Counted from the first letter of the whole stretch, positions 29,710 through 45,990 are shown. The stretch is 61,979 nucleotides of DNA, filler included, from Collodictyon triciliatum (GCA_043381765.1; 12 parts of 12 records of this genome joined end to end with filler, not necessarily neighbours in it), one strand, 5' to 3'. Program-made: numbers and translations. Notes: a model not told the origin generated them from the sequence alone.

Positions 29710-29827
29710 CTGTTGGTGGAGGCTGTGTGTGGTAAAATTATGTCTGCCTTAATGAACTATAGGGTGATTGGGCAAGATATCGGAAAAGTTGAGTCGAGAA
29801 GGGTATATTTCGCCCTTCAGGAATTTA

Positions 29828-29828
<1 letters not shown>

Positions 29829-29925
<97 letters not shown>
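29829..29925. repeat. (AGT)n microsatellite at contig end
   Basis: Direct observation. Confidence 0.95.
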
Positions 29926-30025
29926 NNNNNNNNNNNNNNNNNNNNNNNNNNNNNNNNNNNNNNNNNNNNTTAATTAATTAANNNNNNNNNNNNNNNNNNN
30001 NNNNNNNNNNNNNNNNNNNNNNNNN

Positions 30026-30071
<46 letters not shown>

Positions 30072-30479
30072 TTTTTTTTTTTTTTTTTTTTTTTTTTTTT
30101 GTTTTTTTTTGTTTTTTTTTAGAGCTTGCCACATCATCGAAAAAGTAATTCTCTGCGTGGTATTCACATGTGCGAGTTAGATACCCTAGTTAGTATATGT
30201 TTGACCACTTCGGGAAAGGTTCCATCACATGGAGAGAGTTTGGGTAACTGAATTCTTCAAAGCCACCTTCCTTTCCTTTTCTGATCGTGTCGTATTTTTT
30301 AATTGAACCATACACTGCATCCTCAATTATATCAAATGTATCCATTTTTAATTACTTTTTTATATTGATTTCTGTTTTATTTCCATTCAATATTGTATTT
30401 TGATATAACTACAATTCTGAGCTCTTTTGTCGGTTTGAATATGTGTCATCATTTATATATTAATTTTAATATATAAAGA

Positions 30480-33271
30480 TGACAATATGGCATTCAAATA
30501 TTTAGATGGCGAAAAGGTAAACATCAAAATGCTAACAAATCGACTCTGAATTGCTTAAAAACTGGGACAAAATAGGAGCGTCTTCCAGGCTCTCGGTCAC
30601 CCACTTACTATAACTGCATATATGTTGGGAGAAGCGAAGTTGGAAATATCACCCAAGGTTTTCCCTGCATTCAAGACATAAGATCATAACCGTTCGATTT
30701 TTTTTTATTATCAAACCATGTTCTCATTTTTTTAATTTTTTTTTTGGTTGTAATATGTATCTCGATAATTTTTTTTACACCTACACCTACAATAGGATTC
30801 AGTAGGGTTAACTTTAACTGAATTGCACAAACTATTGGAGAGTTATTCACTAAGACAACAACTGAATTACGGGTACAATACACACAATGATGAATACAAT
30901 ATCAAGGTGATAAAAAAATCAATCTTGTTGGTTTCTTCAGGGAACATAGAGTAAGTTTAGACATTTTTTTTGTGTCTATGGTTTGTTATCGTCAATATAA
31001 TAGATGTATTACTATCAAAATTGTAAATATTTATTCATTTTTCGGTTTCTTTTCAGGTTATTTGGCGATAATATTTATTCGTATCTTCAATTTTCTATAG
31101 TATGAACGACTTGCACAATGCAAGGCTGACTTTCTATTTGCACGAAGGTGCAAAATCAGATGGCATCGAGCTAAATCACAAATCTATGATGAATTGTTTG
31201 CGAGTAATGACTTAATAAGCTTTCTGGTCCTGAATGATATGTTGAACAATCAAATATTTTCTTTTTTTTTTTCATACAATATTGTAAGCTTATATTCATC
31301 ATTACATAGCTTACAGACCGAATAGCATCGACCAAAGCCATCAACACATGGATGAAACAAACGCGATTCGATGTCCCAAGTCGAGTTCAATTCTATGAAT
31401 TCTTAGACCTATTCTCAGAGTAATTATATTTTCTTTTCATCCACGTTATGCATGGTATACTTCATTCCTTCAGTCCAGCGAATGTTACTTCAAAAGAAAT
31501 ATAGAGTTTAATTAACGAAATGAAGAGGTTTAGATGCTGTTTTCTTTCATAAAATATAGCGCGAGAAAAAGAAGTTCTACATGGAAGACCTCAGATGATT
31601 GGAAAATTCAAAAGAACTCCAGAGGGCTATATGAAGCAAGTGGATGAAGTCCTATAGCATGTTACATCGACGCACTATTCCCCTATATTAGCTAATTAAT
31701 TATTTTTTTAAAAAAAACACACACAAATAATGCGGCATAACCCTCCTAGCTAATGGAAGTCCAAACACCCGAGTTCATGACGACAACCCAGCCTGACTAT
31801 GAGAAAGCAAGAACTCTTTACTTTTCAAAAGCAGCTAATCAAGCCATTACATTTATTACATTTAATCGACGGTGTCTTTCAGGGAAAAGATTTAGGAGGA
31901 GATGTCAATGGGAAAAAGAAGGCCATGAAGAGTTCACTTGGCCAATATCCTGACTCCAAGGTATGTAGTAGATATTTATCATCTAATACAAACCTTGATA
32001 ATTGTATCACCCTTTTTCATTATTTTTTACACATAGTATGGTAAAAAGAGTAAAATAAGTTCCTATCAAGCATATATTTTAAATGATTGTGAATTCCATT
32101 AGCAACCCGGACATCAGGATAAATACAATTACGACCTAGTTACTGATAGAATATCCGCAAGTTTGGAGTGCTACGATAAGATAATGGAAAGATACGACGA
32201 GTTAAAAACTCAAGTAATTTAAGTACCTGTTATTTGTTCACCTTTTTATTTATTTGGATATATCTACTTATTTATCAAGTCATCACACTGCAATATTCAA
32301 GAGTGTACATCATGTTATTACAGAAACAAGAAGGGGCATTAAGAGTTATTCACCAACCCGATTTGAGAGACGTATCTGAAAGGATAAAGACCTACCAATC
32401 TCTCAAAATGGTATGTTCTCCCCAAATAAGAGATATTAGTGCGGTGTGCAATCACGAAATCAGATTTTATCTATTTTGCTCACTGCCGATTTACATTTAA
32501 CGATTAAACACACAGAGCCACGGAAATATGATTCTTCCATCGAAATCAAGACAACTGACAAAGCAAACATCATCTCAATACCGAGTTTCTGCAAAAACTT
32601 TGTCCCGCGTTGCCAGTGAGGCAGCTTTGATAACAAAACAAAGTGATACTTACTCCCACCGTGAGGAACGCGACCATCCGTCTTCCACTGCAGGAGAATC
32701 AAACAAGTCCGAGTCAAAAGCAACAACACTGGACATTCCACTTCCTCCCTTTTTCAAAGAGCCGGAAGGAAAAGAAACGCCTTTGAAAAATGATTCACCA
32801 GGACTCAGGTTCGCTCGGTTCATACAGGAGCAGCATGAATTAGCAGAAAAGCTTGGAGGAAACCGACCGTATAATTTCAAGGAACTTATCGACCGCAGGG
32901 CTCTTTCTGCACGTATTACCAGGAGTCATCCACCCCAATCACCAGTCGAGCGCCTTCCTACTCATTCAAGAGCTAAAGTTCAGACTCGCAGTAGAAATGA
33001 AAGCGTTTCTGGACTGCCATCTGAGGAGACAAGAGGACCCTCAAAAATAGAGACTCAATCCCGGCTACATGATTTTTTAAACTCGGTGAATAGTTATAAA
33101 AAAGCTGTCGGTGGCACAGAACATGATGAATCTGATACAAAAAGCGACAATACTGAGTTATTGGAAGTCTCGGAATCAGATCAGATTCATAGTTCTATGA
33201 TTGAGCAACCCCAGTCACCAAAGAATGAATCGTTGGTTAGTATCCAGAATACGATTCATAAATATTCATAG
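30480..33271 (+). CDS. Multi-exon hypothetical protein, possibly with degenerate EF-hand-like N-terminus
   Basis: Exons such as SVFQALGHPLTITAYMLGEAKLEISPK / DSVGLTLTELHKLLESY, MNDLHNARLTFYLHE, and LTDRIASTKAINTWMKQTRFDVPSRVQFYEFLDLFSE, plus a long terminal exon ending at 33271. Start uncertain. Confidence 0.55.
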
Positions 33272-33538
33272 ACACCTTGACTACACCTAATAATCATAGA
33301 GACACAATGCACTTGACTTACCTATCTACTAACTTTGTCATAATTCTTACTCAAATAGGTGAATTATTTTTCAAAGAGAGATCAAAGGTTACCTTAATTT
33401 TGTTGAAACATTGTAAAGAAAAAAAGAAACAGATAATCAACTGTTTTCGCAGGCTATACGATCATAATCTGATATTCATCAAGGTATAATTTATGTTTTA
33501 TTGATTATTATTTGTTTTGTATTTTCTTGTCTTGTTTC

Positions 33539-33605
<67 letters not shown>

Positions 33606-34830
33606 CATGAGCACAGCAGCACTGAGCAAAGACCGATGCTCTGTCCTCAAACACCGTCGTCTTCGTCAAAGACTTGGAGAATTACGGTTGGCTACTTATT
33701 CATACGGATTCTGTGGTACAATAATGCAATAGCCTTTCTGCACCCGGTAATGTATGTTGGGTTTCTTAATACTAGAGAACGCCAACTCCCACGACAACTG
33801 CAACATCCACGCCTCCTCCTGAGTATGTCCCTAGGCTCAATCTCGGATACAATTCAAGGTCGGTCATATAGACACAACCTCGCATACATTTCTTGGTGTG
33901 TTTATTCACATACATTACTTTTTAATGTACGAAAGAGAGAGAGAGATGATTAGTGGCTGAGCGGTTTGGTAAGAAGCGCCTCAACAACGATGATAATAGA
34001 CTTGAAGTCATAACAACGATGAGATGAAGAACTTGACTTTATATTCTACGATATATCATAGAAAACCCTCAGCCCCCAGGAGGCCTGGAAACGCACCGGG
34101 GATGCAACTTGATAGGTTCCTGTATCTACTTATCGAAGAAGCATTCAGAGCACAATCACTGCACTTTCACATTCCATGACTCCCTCCACTGCTTGTATCA
34201 CCTCCCACCGCAGATAGCCTCAACACTTTCCACAGGACTGAACCTTCCGTTTTGATTTCCTTTCTCTGTCGCAGACAATCCCCACGGCCGATGCGAATCT
34301 CCAGCGCCCGATGACCGGAGAATCTGCTTGTCTGCTCTTTGTCACTATGCAGGAACTCCCATCCTTGCGAAATATAATTGTGAACTCTCCAAACTCTGTT
34401 GATTGGCATACAAACACGGGCGAACCAAACAAAACAAAACAAAAACAAACAAAACAAAAGGGAAAGGGAAAAGGGAAAGGATACCCAAGTCATATTGGCC
34501 CCCCTTTACCATCTTATCACCTTTTTGTATATATATTTTTTTTTATTGTTGTTATTGTTTCTTTCTTTATTTCGTCCTCTCAACTGCAGTAAAACCACCA
34601 TTGATTTTCTTAATATTGCAATACTATATCTCTTGAACGCTTCGATCAAACACTGGGTGCGGTTATAAAATTAATACACGAATCATTGGCACCCTTGAGG
34701 AAAAGATCAGGGCTGCCCCTGCGATCATACTTATGCGAGACTCTAGTGTAAAACAAAGGCCTTTACTATCACAGTAGAGTGAAGTTCGCCGCTAATATAT
34801 GCAGCTTGTGTGGGACTTTCTTCTCCCCTC

Positions 34831-34925
34831 TTTTCTTTTCTTTTCTTTTCTTTTCTTTTCTTTTCTTTTCTTTTCTTTTCTTTTCTTTTCTTTTCTTTTC
34901 TTTTCTTTTCTTTTCTTTTCTTTTC
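34831..34925. repeat. (TTTTC)n microsatellite at contig end
   Basis: Direct observation. Confidence 0.95.
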
Positions 34926-35318
34926 NNNNNNNNNNNNNNNNNNNNNNNNNNNNNNNNNNNNNNNNNNNNTTAATTAATTAANNNNNNNNNNNNNNNNNNN
35001 NNNNNNNNNNNNNNNNNNNNNNNNNTTTCTTTTGTTTTCTTTTGTTTTCTTTTGTTTTCTTTTGTTTTCTTTTGTTTTCTTTTGTTTTCTTTTGTTTTCT
35101 TTTGTTTTCTTTTGTTTTCTTTTTTTTTCTTTTGTTGTGTTTTCTTTTGTTGTGTTTTCTTTTGTTGTGTTTTCTTTTGTTTTGGCTACGGAACGACGCG
35201 CGTGACTAAGGGAAAGCGTGGTTGTGGGAAAAGGTGGATCACTCGAAATCAAAAAAAAGCATTTATTTCCACTTAAGTACTAACGGAATACAACTTGGGT
35301 TGAGGGCAGAAGCAGATG

Positions 35319-36527
35319 CTACGGTGGTGGAGATGGAGATGGAGATGGGGATGGGGATGGGGATGGGGATGGGGATGGGTCGTGGACGAGGATGAGGCGG
35401 CCGTGATGGGAAAGGTCAAAGTGCGACTCCAAAACGTAGCGAAATGGCCCAAACCCAGATGATGCATTTGATTCGTCTTTCTCACGCATGCTGAGTAACT
35501 GGGCACTTCTTGGGTTTGGGCCTGATACATTTTGGTCAAAAAGTGCATGTAGAGATTGCCAGAAATGCTGGACTTTTGGGAAGCGGTGAAGAGCAAGCAA
35601 AAGAGGCTTCTTTGGAGAACCAAACTGGTCCTTTTGGATTCCAACACGAGGTAAAGGATGAACAACGTGATTCTGGAGAATAGGAGATTTTTCAGAGGCA
35701 CATGCATAACGAACTGGATTCTCACTCAAGACACCAACGATATGAGTGGGTCTTATTCCTATTTTCCCGAAGCAGTCTCCTAGTGTCAAGTCTGAGTGCG
35801 GGAGAACACTGCAAGGATAATTCCATGACATCTCAGCAGCGTATTTGGCATGAACTAGATTCTGGTGCAATATTTGAATGGCAGTCTTTGTCATAAGCAC
35901 CCCAGGGCCACTGGCTACGTATGTTATGTTTCTGTCCTGCCCTACTTTACTTCCGTCATAAACCAGGACTTGCCCAGCATATGCAGGCATTTGAGAAGGG
36001 AACGCTTTTAGGACAGAATCTTCCCATCCTCGAATATTGATATAGGCATCATCATCAACAAGTAAAAAGTGAGTGAAATCACTTTGCACACGAAACTCTG
36101 CTCGGATAGCCTCGAAGACTCTTCGTATTTTGGCCACGGGCGGGTAGTCGTTGTCCTTCCCGCCCACTCGGACAAGGCGCACTTTGCCGCGGATCTTTTC
36201 TTCCCACCCGGCACTAAACTCCGTCTCATTTATGGCTGGATGCGGCTCATCCCCAACAAAGATACGCACCTGTGTATTCTCCCCTATTTGCTGGAGCCAA
36301 GATTCCCTGACAAGCCGGAGTCGACCTCGCAAACCCGGCCAGGTGCTGACGATACCAACAAGGAGGCGATAGTCTTGTCTCCGTGCTTGGGGTTTGTTCA
36401 TATCCCCGCCTTTGGCGAGCGGCCCATCCCGTGGAGTTGCTTGGGTGGCGGGCTTTGGCAAGATCAGACAGGAGCTGCCAAGAAGCAAGACTGCAGCCAG
36501 CGCGCTTGCGATCCGCACGAATTGCAT
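35319..36527 (-). CDS. GT31 / Fringe-like beta-1,3-glycosyltransferase, type II membrane, intronless
   Basis: N-terminal signal anchor, R...VRESW, FLLVDDDAYINI (DxD), YVASGPGVLMTKTA and SDLTLGDC..KIGI. Ends in (SP)n. Confidence 0.85.
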   Translation of the reverse strand: MQFVRIASALAAVLLLGSSCLILPKPATQATPRDGPLAKGGDMNKPQARRQDYRLLVGIVSTWPGLRGRLRLVRESWLQQIGENTQVRIFVGDEPHPAINETEFSAGWEEKIRGKVRLVRVGGKDNDYPPVAKIRRVFEAIRAEFRVQSDFTHFLLVDDDAYINIRGWEDSVLKAFPSQMPAYAGQVLVYDGSKVGQDRNITYVASGPGVLMTKTAIQILHQNLVHAKYAAEMSWNYPCSVLPHSDLTLGDCFGKIGIRPTHIVGVLSENPVRYACASEKSPILQNHVVHPLPRVGIQKDQFGSPKKPLLLALHRFPKVQHFWQSLHALFDQNVSGPNPRSAQLLSMREKDESNASSGFGPFRYVLESHFDLSHHGRLILVHDPSPSPSPSPSPSPSPSPPP

Positions 36528-37365
36528 AATCGGCCAAGTTTTCCCGCAGAGCGCAAGGAATCTTCGTAGTGTTTGTAATTATCGACCTGATTCAAATAAT
36601 TATTGTATAACAGTGCATAATGGACGAATTTTGTTGCTTTATATGGTGCATGGTGTTTATCAGATGGGAGAAAACAGCAGCACGCAATATTTTCCACAAA
36701 AGAAACCGATTTTATATCGCCAGAGACCAATCAAATGCCATATATGTACTAATTCATCGCATGTCTGCACCACATTGTAACATCCAGATTCGGACAGCCC
36801 TCCCTCCGCACTGCAACCCTAGTTCCGCCCGTGTGGTTTGTGGCCTACACTTTTTTTTTATTCAAACCCCACCTTTCACTGCGGATTCAAACATTCAAAG
36901 ACCGCAACCCGGACGAGTCACATCGGCCGACGAGAGAGACACCCACGCAAAGCCACACCGGAAAGGCAGACAGACACACATACCCACACACAAACATATA
37001 TACATGCGAAATAAACATATACATGGCCAAATGGGAGCACGCAATAAGCGCAGAGAGACAGAACCAATATGATCCGCCTGCCGCACTCCAAGCCCTTCAG
37101 CCTTGGCTCCCCACATCTGTTCCCTACTTCCAGAACATCGCGCTTTTTTCTTTTTTCTTTTTTCTTTTTTCTTTTTGCTTTTTATTTCTCTTTCTCTTTC
37201 TCTTTCTCTTTCTCTTTTTCTTTTTCTTTTCTTTTTCTTTTCTTTTTCTTTTCTTTTTCTTTTCCACACAACCCACCCAAGCAAACCCTCTGGTGAACGC
37301 AGGTACGGATCCAACTTTTTGCCGACCAGCCGAAGCCGCCCGACCCCCACGCACGAAGCCGCATA

Positions 37366-38207
37366 ATGTCTGCCACAACCCAGTTTGAAGGCCTTCTGAG
37401 CCAAATCCTTTCCCCTCAGAACGAAGTCCGTCGCGCTGCCGAAGCCCAATACACCCAAGTCCGAGATGATCCCAGTCAAGCGTAAGTATTCTTGCCCAGC
37501 TACGCTTTCTTTGTTTCCTTTGTTTCCTTTGTTTCCTTTGTTTCCTTTGTTTCCTTTGTTTCCTTTGTTTCCTTTGTTTCCTTTGTTTCCTTTGTTTCCT
37601 TTGTTTCCTTCGTGTCCTTTGTACCTTTTGTAACTTTTGTAACTTTTGTATGCTGCTTTGGAGATATTCCTCTCCTTTCTTCCTTAGCTTTCTCTTTTCT
37701 TCTCGTCCACTCAAGCGCTATCTCTGCCACTTCTCTAAAGTGGTGCTTATACTAACTCATGAAATGCGTTTAGCGGACTTGTTGTCAACTCCCTCTCCGA
37801 GCTGATCGTCTCTTCTGGAGATATTGGCGTGAGTGCCTCTTCCCTTTCTTTCCTAGTGGGCCAGTTCAGCCGTGCCTTGCTGCTTTCCTTTTCTCTCTCT
37901 TTAGTCCATATTTAGCCATTTGCTCTACCAACTATGTTTCTTCGGGTTTAGATTCGTGGATTGGCCGCCGTTCTTCTTCGTCGGATGATCTCCAAGGAGG
38001 TCTTGGCCACTGTAAGTCTCGCTTATCCACTCTGTAGATCAGCTAAAACCATTCATCCTGCACAAGTTGAAGGGAAGAAAACAATAACAACACCAACCAC
38101 TCTATAACTTTCGTGATCAATTCTTTCTCTGTATATTTTTTTGAGTAAGTTCACAGTTTGAAGCAGTTTCTCACTCGAATCTTTCGCTTTCGCTTTCCTT
38201 TCCTTGC

Positions 38208-38300
<93 letters not shown>

Positions 38301-39732
38301 ATTTATATGTTGCAGTCACTATGCCAGAGCCTTTCGTCTAAACAATACCTTCTCTCAGGTGCCCACCGAAATCCTTGCCCTGGTCAAGCAGCGCCTTCTT
38401 CAGTCGATCAACGATGAGACCAACGCGTCTGTCCGGTTCGTGTTTTACACCTAATGTTACCAGAGTAACCGCGTTCCTTTCCTCTTATTTTCCCACTTCG
38501 CACACCCAAACACCCATTCCATTCTAATTGTCATAGTTTGTCACATTATTGAAAGCCAAACACAAGTATGATTTTTTTCTATAGTATAAGCGATTTACTT
38601 TCCCTTCAATACAAAATTCATTCGCTCTTTTGTCCATTCACTGATATATCCGTATTTTAACAGCTTCAAAGTCAACGATACTATCGGTGTTGTCGCTCTC
38701 CTCCTTGTGCCAGAAAGTCTGAGTTTCACATCGCAATCCCAAATTTCACAGATTTTCCTTTTGGATTATAATACTACACCCTTACATTCTATCTTGGATT
38801 TTCTGTCGATAATATGATTTTGCTTGCACCAACAATTCCCTGATTCATGACCTGGTCAATATCTCAAAAGCCTCTGACGACCTCAAAAATCACTCATAAT
38901 ATTTCTTGTTAACAAAACAGATCAGTGGCCCGAGCTTACACCTGTTCTCTTCCAATGGGCCAACTCTGAGAATCCTGCGCATCGCGAAAGCGCCCTCAAG
39001 ATCTTTGGCGAGCTATCTGATGTCTTCATCAACAGCTTCTCTCAATTCTTTGCTCAAATTCTGCAGCTGCTCTCTGCACGTCTGGGAGACCCTGTGACCT
39101 CGGTTAGTAATGCCAGTCATTATTCCATATGCTGCACCATGTGAACGTGGCTCATCCTAATATAACTTGTTAATTGAGTCCAGGAAAGCGAGTAGATATA
39201 TATTATAGCAAAGAATACAACAAAGAATATAAATAGGATGAAAGTGTATAAGCATAACCGTATTCCATTCAGATCTCTCTGACCATGTTTTTTCTTCTTC
39301 TAAAGGTCCGCATTGCCTCACTGAACGCTTGTTCCACCTTCCTCATCGGGCTAACCGAGAAGAGTCATGTAGACATGTTCCAACCACTCCTTCCTCAGAT
39401 GTTGGAGGTGAGTTTAGTCCCAAATACATTTTTTTTTTCAAATAAGAAACTACATCTAGGGTGGCGACAAGAAAAGGGAGACACTCTGAGTCTAAAGCAT
39501 ACACAAAAACTTTTAATTTATGACATCTTCGATTGGATTGTTATAACCCGTACCCAAATATTTCGTTAGGCAATTAGTTTTGCGCTCAACAATCAAGAGG
39601 AAGAATCTGCCCGCAGTGCTATCGAATACTTTATTAATATCGTTGATGAGCAGCCCAAGTTCATTCGTTCTCAAATCGGCAACATTGTTAACGGAATGCT
39701 CGGCATTGCAGTTGCTGATGGCCTCGAGGACG
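37366..39732 (+). CDS. IPO5: Importin-beta family karyopherin, most like importin-5 (Kap121/Pse1), 8 exons visible, 3'-partial
   Basis: MSATTQFEGLLSQILSPQNEVRRAAEAQY / IRGLAAVLLRR / QWPELTPVLFQWANSENPAHRESALKIF / VRIASLNAC..FQPLLPQML / AIEYFINIVDEQPKFIRSQI...ML.IA..DGLED. Importin-4 is not excluded. Confidence 0.8.
37510..37650. repeat. (TTTGTTTCC)n 9-bp intronic repeat
   Basis: Direct observation; lies in importin intron 1. Confidence 0.95.
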
Positions 39733-39829
39733 GTAATCCGAACACTTTTTTCTGTATATATTATCAATCATCACTTCATCTCATTCCAGTTGGTATCTTC
39801 AACTAATCCGCCCTTTACCGCCCTTTTGC

Positions 39830-39923
<94 letters not shown>

Positions 39924-40023
39924 NNNNNNNNNNNNNNNNNNNNNNNNNNNNNNNNNNNNNNNNNNNNTTAATTAATTAANNNNNNNNNNNNNNNNNNNNN
40001 NNNNNNNNNNNNNNNNNNNNNNN

Positions 40024-40749
40024 GGGGGGTTTCGTTGGCATCAGGTTCTCACCATAGGTCAGAACCCTCAGTTTCAAGTCTACCATCCAAACAAAAACCG
40101 CGGCAGCAGGATGATATATATATATATATATATATGTGTGAGAGTTAGGAGGCGTAATTCAGTAAAAAAAAAAAAAAAAAAAAAAAAAAGAATATCGCAA
40201 AAAAAAAAAACGAGGTTTTGCAGCCGAGAAAGCCTAGCTCACCTTCATCATTCGAGCTTACGATTCCAACATTGGGGTTGACTTTCAGTCTTTGGCATAA
40301 TCCTTCTGGCCCTGTGAGTTAAGATAAACTAATGAGCACACTGATTTACAATACAGATAAAAAGTAATAAAAAAAAAGTATGTATAAAGCAAAGCAAAAG
40401 ACATAAGATGAACAGGAAAAACAGAACAAAAACGGGATGATTGAAACGAGAAACTGGGCGATCACATCATTTCAAAGACCAACAAAATCCACTTGTCGCT
40501 TCCACCCAAACGGACGTTCACTCCGCCCCTTTCACTTTTTTTTTCCACTTTTTTTCTTTTTCTCTTTCTTCGTCTTCTTTTTCATTCAATGCGTGAAACG
40601 TCAAATCAGATACAAAGTCGACGTCGATTTGACGCGCGCACAAAGAAGCTGCTCAAACCTTGGTACTTTGCGTTGAGGGCCTTCACTCCCTCAGCGTTCT
40701 CCGCTTCGATCAGGTCGCGCAGCTCCTGCACAGAGATTGTGAAAGCCAT
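40024..40749 (-). CDS. P2B-type (PMCA-like) Ca2+-ATPase, first three coding exons, 3'-partial
   Basis: MAFTISVQELRDLIEAENAEGVKALNAKYQ/GPEGLCQRLKVNPNVGIVSSNDE/DLKLRVLTYGENLMPTKPP matches the Cation_ATPase_N region of PMCA. A 5'UTR intron acceptor lies at ~40771. Confidence 0.85.
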
Positions 40750-42775
40750 CCTGGCGGAAAGAGAAGCCTTCTACAGATTAGTTAAATGAGAAAAAGCAAA
40801 AGCAAAGACGAAAAGGAAAATAATAGAAAGAAAAAAAGAAAAAAAAGAATGAAAAGTTCAAAAGATACATAGAAAAGAAAACAACCACATAAGCACAGAG
40901 ACCACCCCCTACACATCCGGCAAGCCAGCAACAACGCAGTTCTTTACTCTTAGCACTCAGCCGACAACATGAAATGCGCCTGCTTCTTTCTCTTTCTGTT
41001 TGCTTGTGGCTGCTTGGGTTGCTTGGCCTTGCGCCTGTCCGCTCACCCACACATCAACAGATACTCGAATGTTGAGCCAAACACAGACACAACAAATAAC
41101 CAAAACAAAAATAGACAAAGCAAAACAAACTCTTTTATATACCCATTCCTTTCATCCAATGGCCGTGTGTCAGTCACCCTTGCAAAAGAAAAGCCGGCCT
41201 CTGGAAATGACTAATTCCAAGTCTTTTGTCCCGCTGGGAGGAACAAAAACCCCACAAACGCCAAGGAAAACGCCACCCAACCAAGCGAATATAAATCCGT
41301 CCGGCGAGACTTTGACAGTTTATTGTGTCCCCGCCTTTCCTTACTGGGAATCAGTTGTGTCCCCCGGTCTCGTTTCGGCGTTTGGCCGTGTGGTTCGGCC
41401 TTTGGAATGGTGTTTTTTTCGCTATCGGTGCGCTTTGGATGGGTACGGCAAGGGTGTTGTGTGCTTGTGAGGCTTTTGTGGTAGATGGTTGTGGCCAGCC
41501 TGGTGCAACTTCCTCCATCATGAGAGTAAGATACAAAGACGCGGGGCCCCATCTGCAGGCTCTTCTTTCTTTTCTTTTCTTTTGTTTTTTTATTTTATTT
41601 CTTTCTTTCGTTTCTTTTCTTTTGTGTTTTTACTGATTTATTGATTTATATTTCGCATGCGATTCATTCAGGGCAATTACGGAACCCGTAGCTCGTGGCT
41701 CCTGCTCGTGTTTGCGTGATTAGTAATATATCTATCTCTTTCTGTGTGTCTGTGACGAGTTGCGTGGAGCACAAGGAATATAAGGGTAATATGGAGATGG
41801 ACTGCATCTGCTTAGTAGATACGCGGTCTAAATAATAAACATTCTCGTACAATCGCACTCGCTTCACTACGCATGACAAGAGATATCGGAACACACATCA
41901 AATTCAGCTATGTAAGCAACTGGAATGTTTTTGGAAATAAATCATATGGTTCAATAAATGATAGTGTAAAGTAGAACGGGCAACACCTTTTTTTTTCTTT
42001 TTCTTTTTTCAATTTACTGAAGAGCTACGAGCGCTTAAGAAGGACTTAATTGCATAGACTTTAGAATATCCACACACACACACAAAAAAAAAAAAGACAA
42101 TTTAAGATTATTCTCTTATATCATCAGCCTTCATTAATCACAAAGAGTAGGCTCCAAACACAATAATGCGAAAGATTACCGTGTTCTGATTCAAATACTA
42201 TTACAACCCACCGAACGGTAGTACATGTCTTCTACAAAAACAGGTGCATAGACACATATCTCTCTGTCTCTGTTTTGTTTTCTTTTTTATTGTTAAAAGA
42301 AATGAAACCCTAATCTGAGGCTTGAACCATGTAACACTAACCTAGACGTGATAAAACATCACGTTGCATTACGCTTTGGGTGAGATAAAGAAAAACCTCC
42401 TGCTACACTACCACAATATATGTATTGTAACGTATTACTTTTTATTTTATTGAGTTGAGTTCAGATGAAGCAGGATAAATAGAACTTCCAAGGAATTAAG
42501 GAAACAAGAGGGCTTGCTGTGCCAAACATCGCATAGTCCTTCTAATCCTACTGCACGGGTAAGCTCCTCTGGAATGGCAATCTATGATGTACCAAACAAA
42601 TTCCTGTATGTATCTCCAGAGGTTGCAGATGCCATATCACTGGCCTAGTCTGGTATTTTTAATTGAGAAGTGATGACGCATGAATATCTTTCAATTGTGT
42701 ATCACTATGAAGTTTATTGCGAACGATTGAAAAATCGATCGAGATTGAGCAAATGAGTTAAAAAAAAAAACTCAC

Positions 42776-44635
<1,860 letters not shown>

Positions 44636-44887
44636 GTTGTGTGAAAGAGCCTAATGCGGGCGAGAGTCTTGCAGGTCAAAGGGTGCTTGTTGATTGACAC
44701 TTTGTATGCGGTGGTTGTGTGCTTGTGTTGGGCGTGGTATTATAGAAGCCTTGGCACTCAAAAGCTGTTGGTTTGCGTATGAGTTGACTAAGGGAACGCT
44801 TTGGGAGAGAAAAAAACAACAAGAAAACAACAAGAAAACAACAAGAAAACAACAAAACAAAAAAAAAGTATAACAAAGGGCTGCAGA

Positions 44888-45912
44888 ATGACCAGTCAAG
44901 TGAAGCGTGTTTGCTTCATCAGCGGAGCGTCGCGAGGCTTCGGGCGCAGTATCGCGCTTGCCTGCGCTTCCAAGTGGGCTGCTGTTGACTTTGTCCTGTG
45001 TGCCCGCTCTGAAGAAGGCCTGGCCGAGTCCAAAAGGCTGATTCTTGAGCAGAACGCAGGCAGTCTCGTCCATTGCAGCAGCATCGACATGAAGGACACC
45101 ACAGGCATCGAGGCAAAGAGCGTCGATTGGTTCTCCAAAGTATCCAAATACATATATCAAGTAGACAGACATACAACCAGCTGTTCTGATGGGCATGCTC
45201 GTATATGCAATAGTCATGTTAACACGCCTTTGTTTCAAGGTTGATTGGAGGGCTTACAAGCACGTCTACTTTTTCCTGAACGCGGCTGTGCTTGGCCCAC
45301 TGACTCGCATCGAAGAGCTGCAAGGACAAGATGTCCACGCCGCCGTGAGCGTCAATGTGACAAACACGTTTTCTATGGTCTCGGCTTTTACGAAGCGATA
45401 TCAACAGGAAAAACAAAGCGGCCTGGATGCAACCATCGTAAATACTTCATCTTTGGCTGCGCTTAAGCCGTTTGCGTGCTGGAGTGTTTATTGCGCTTCT
45501 AAGGCCGCGATTGATATGCTCATGAAATGCACTGCGGAGGAGATGAAAGAGGTGGCTGCGATTTTGGGAATATATATCACAGATGATCCTACTTCATGCT
45601 GTGATATCTAACATTATTGTATTTCTTCATTTGTTTATGTTGTGTTGTTTAAATTGCCCAAGATTAGTGAATGTATTGGTTGTGAGGTGTGCTGATATGT
45701 CTCATATTCGTAGGAATCCACTGCAGTATTCAAAACTCTTTCCTATGCGCCTGGTCCTTTAGATACCGATATGCAGACCGAGATTCGACAGAATTGCAAA
45801 GACACGGGCATTCGAGAGTTCTTTACGCTGATGAAGGAGCAGGTGGTTTGATAAATCCTCTGCCAACACGTGAGATAAGAGGGATATATGTTGTTCACAG
45901 TTCATCCTGTGC

Positions 45913-45990
<78 letters not shown>

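Noticed and set aside
33951-34030. tRNA-like A-box GTGGCTGAGCGGT
   Set aside because: No T-loop/B-box (GTTCRA) and no cloverleaf follow.
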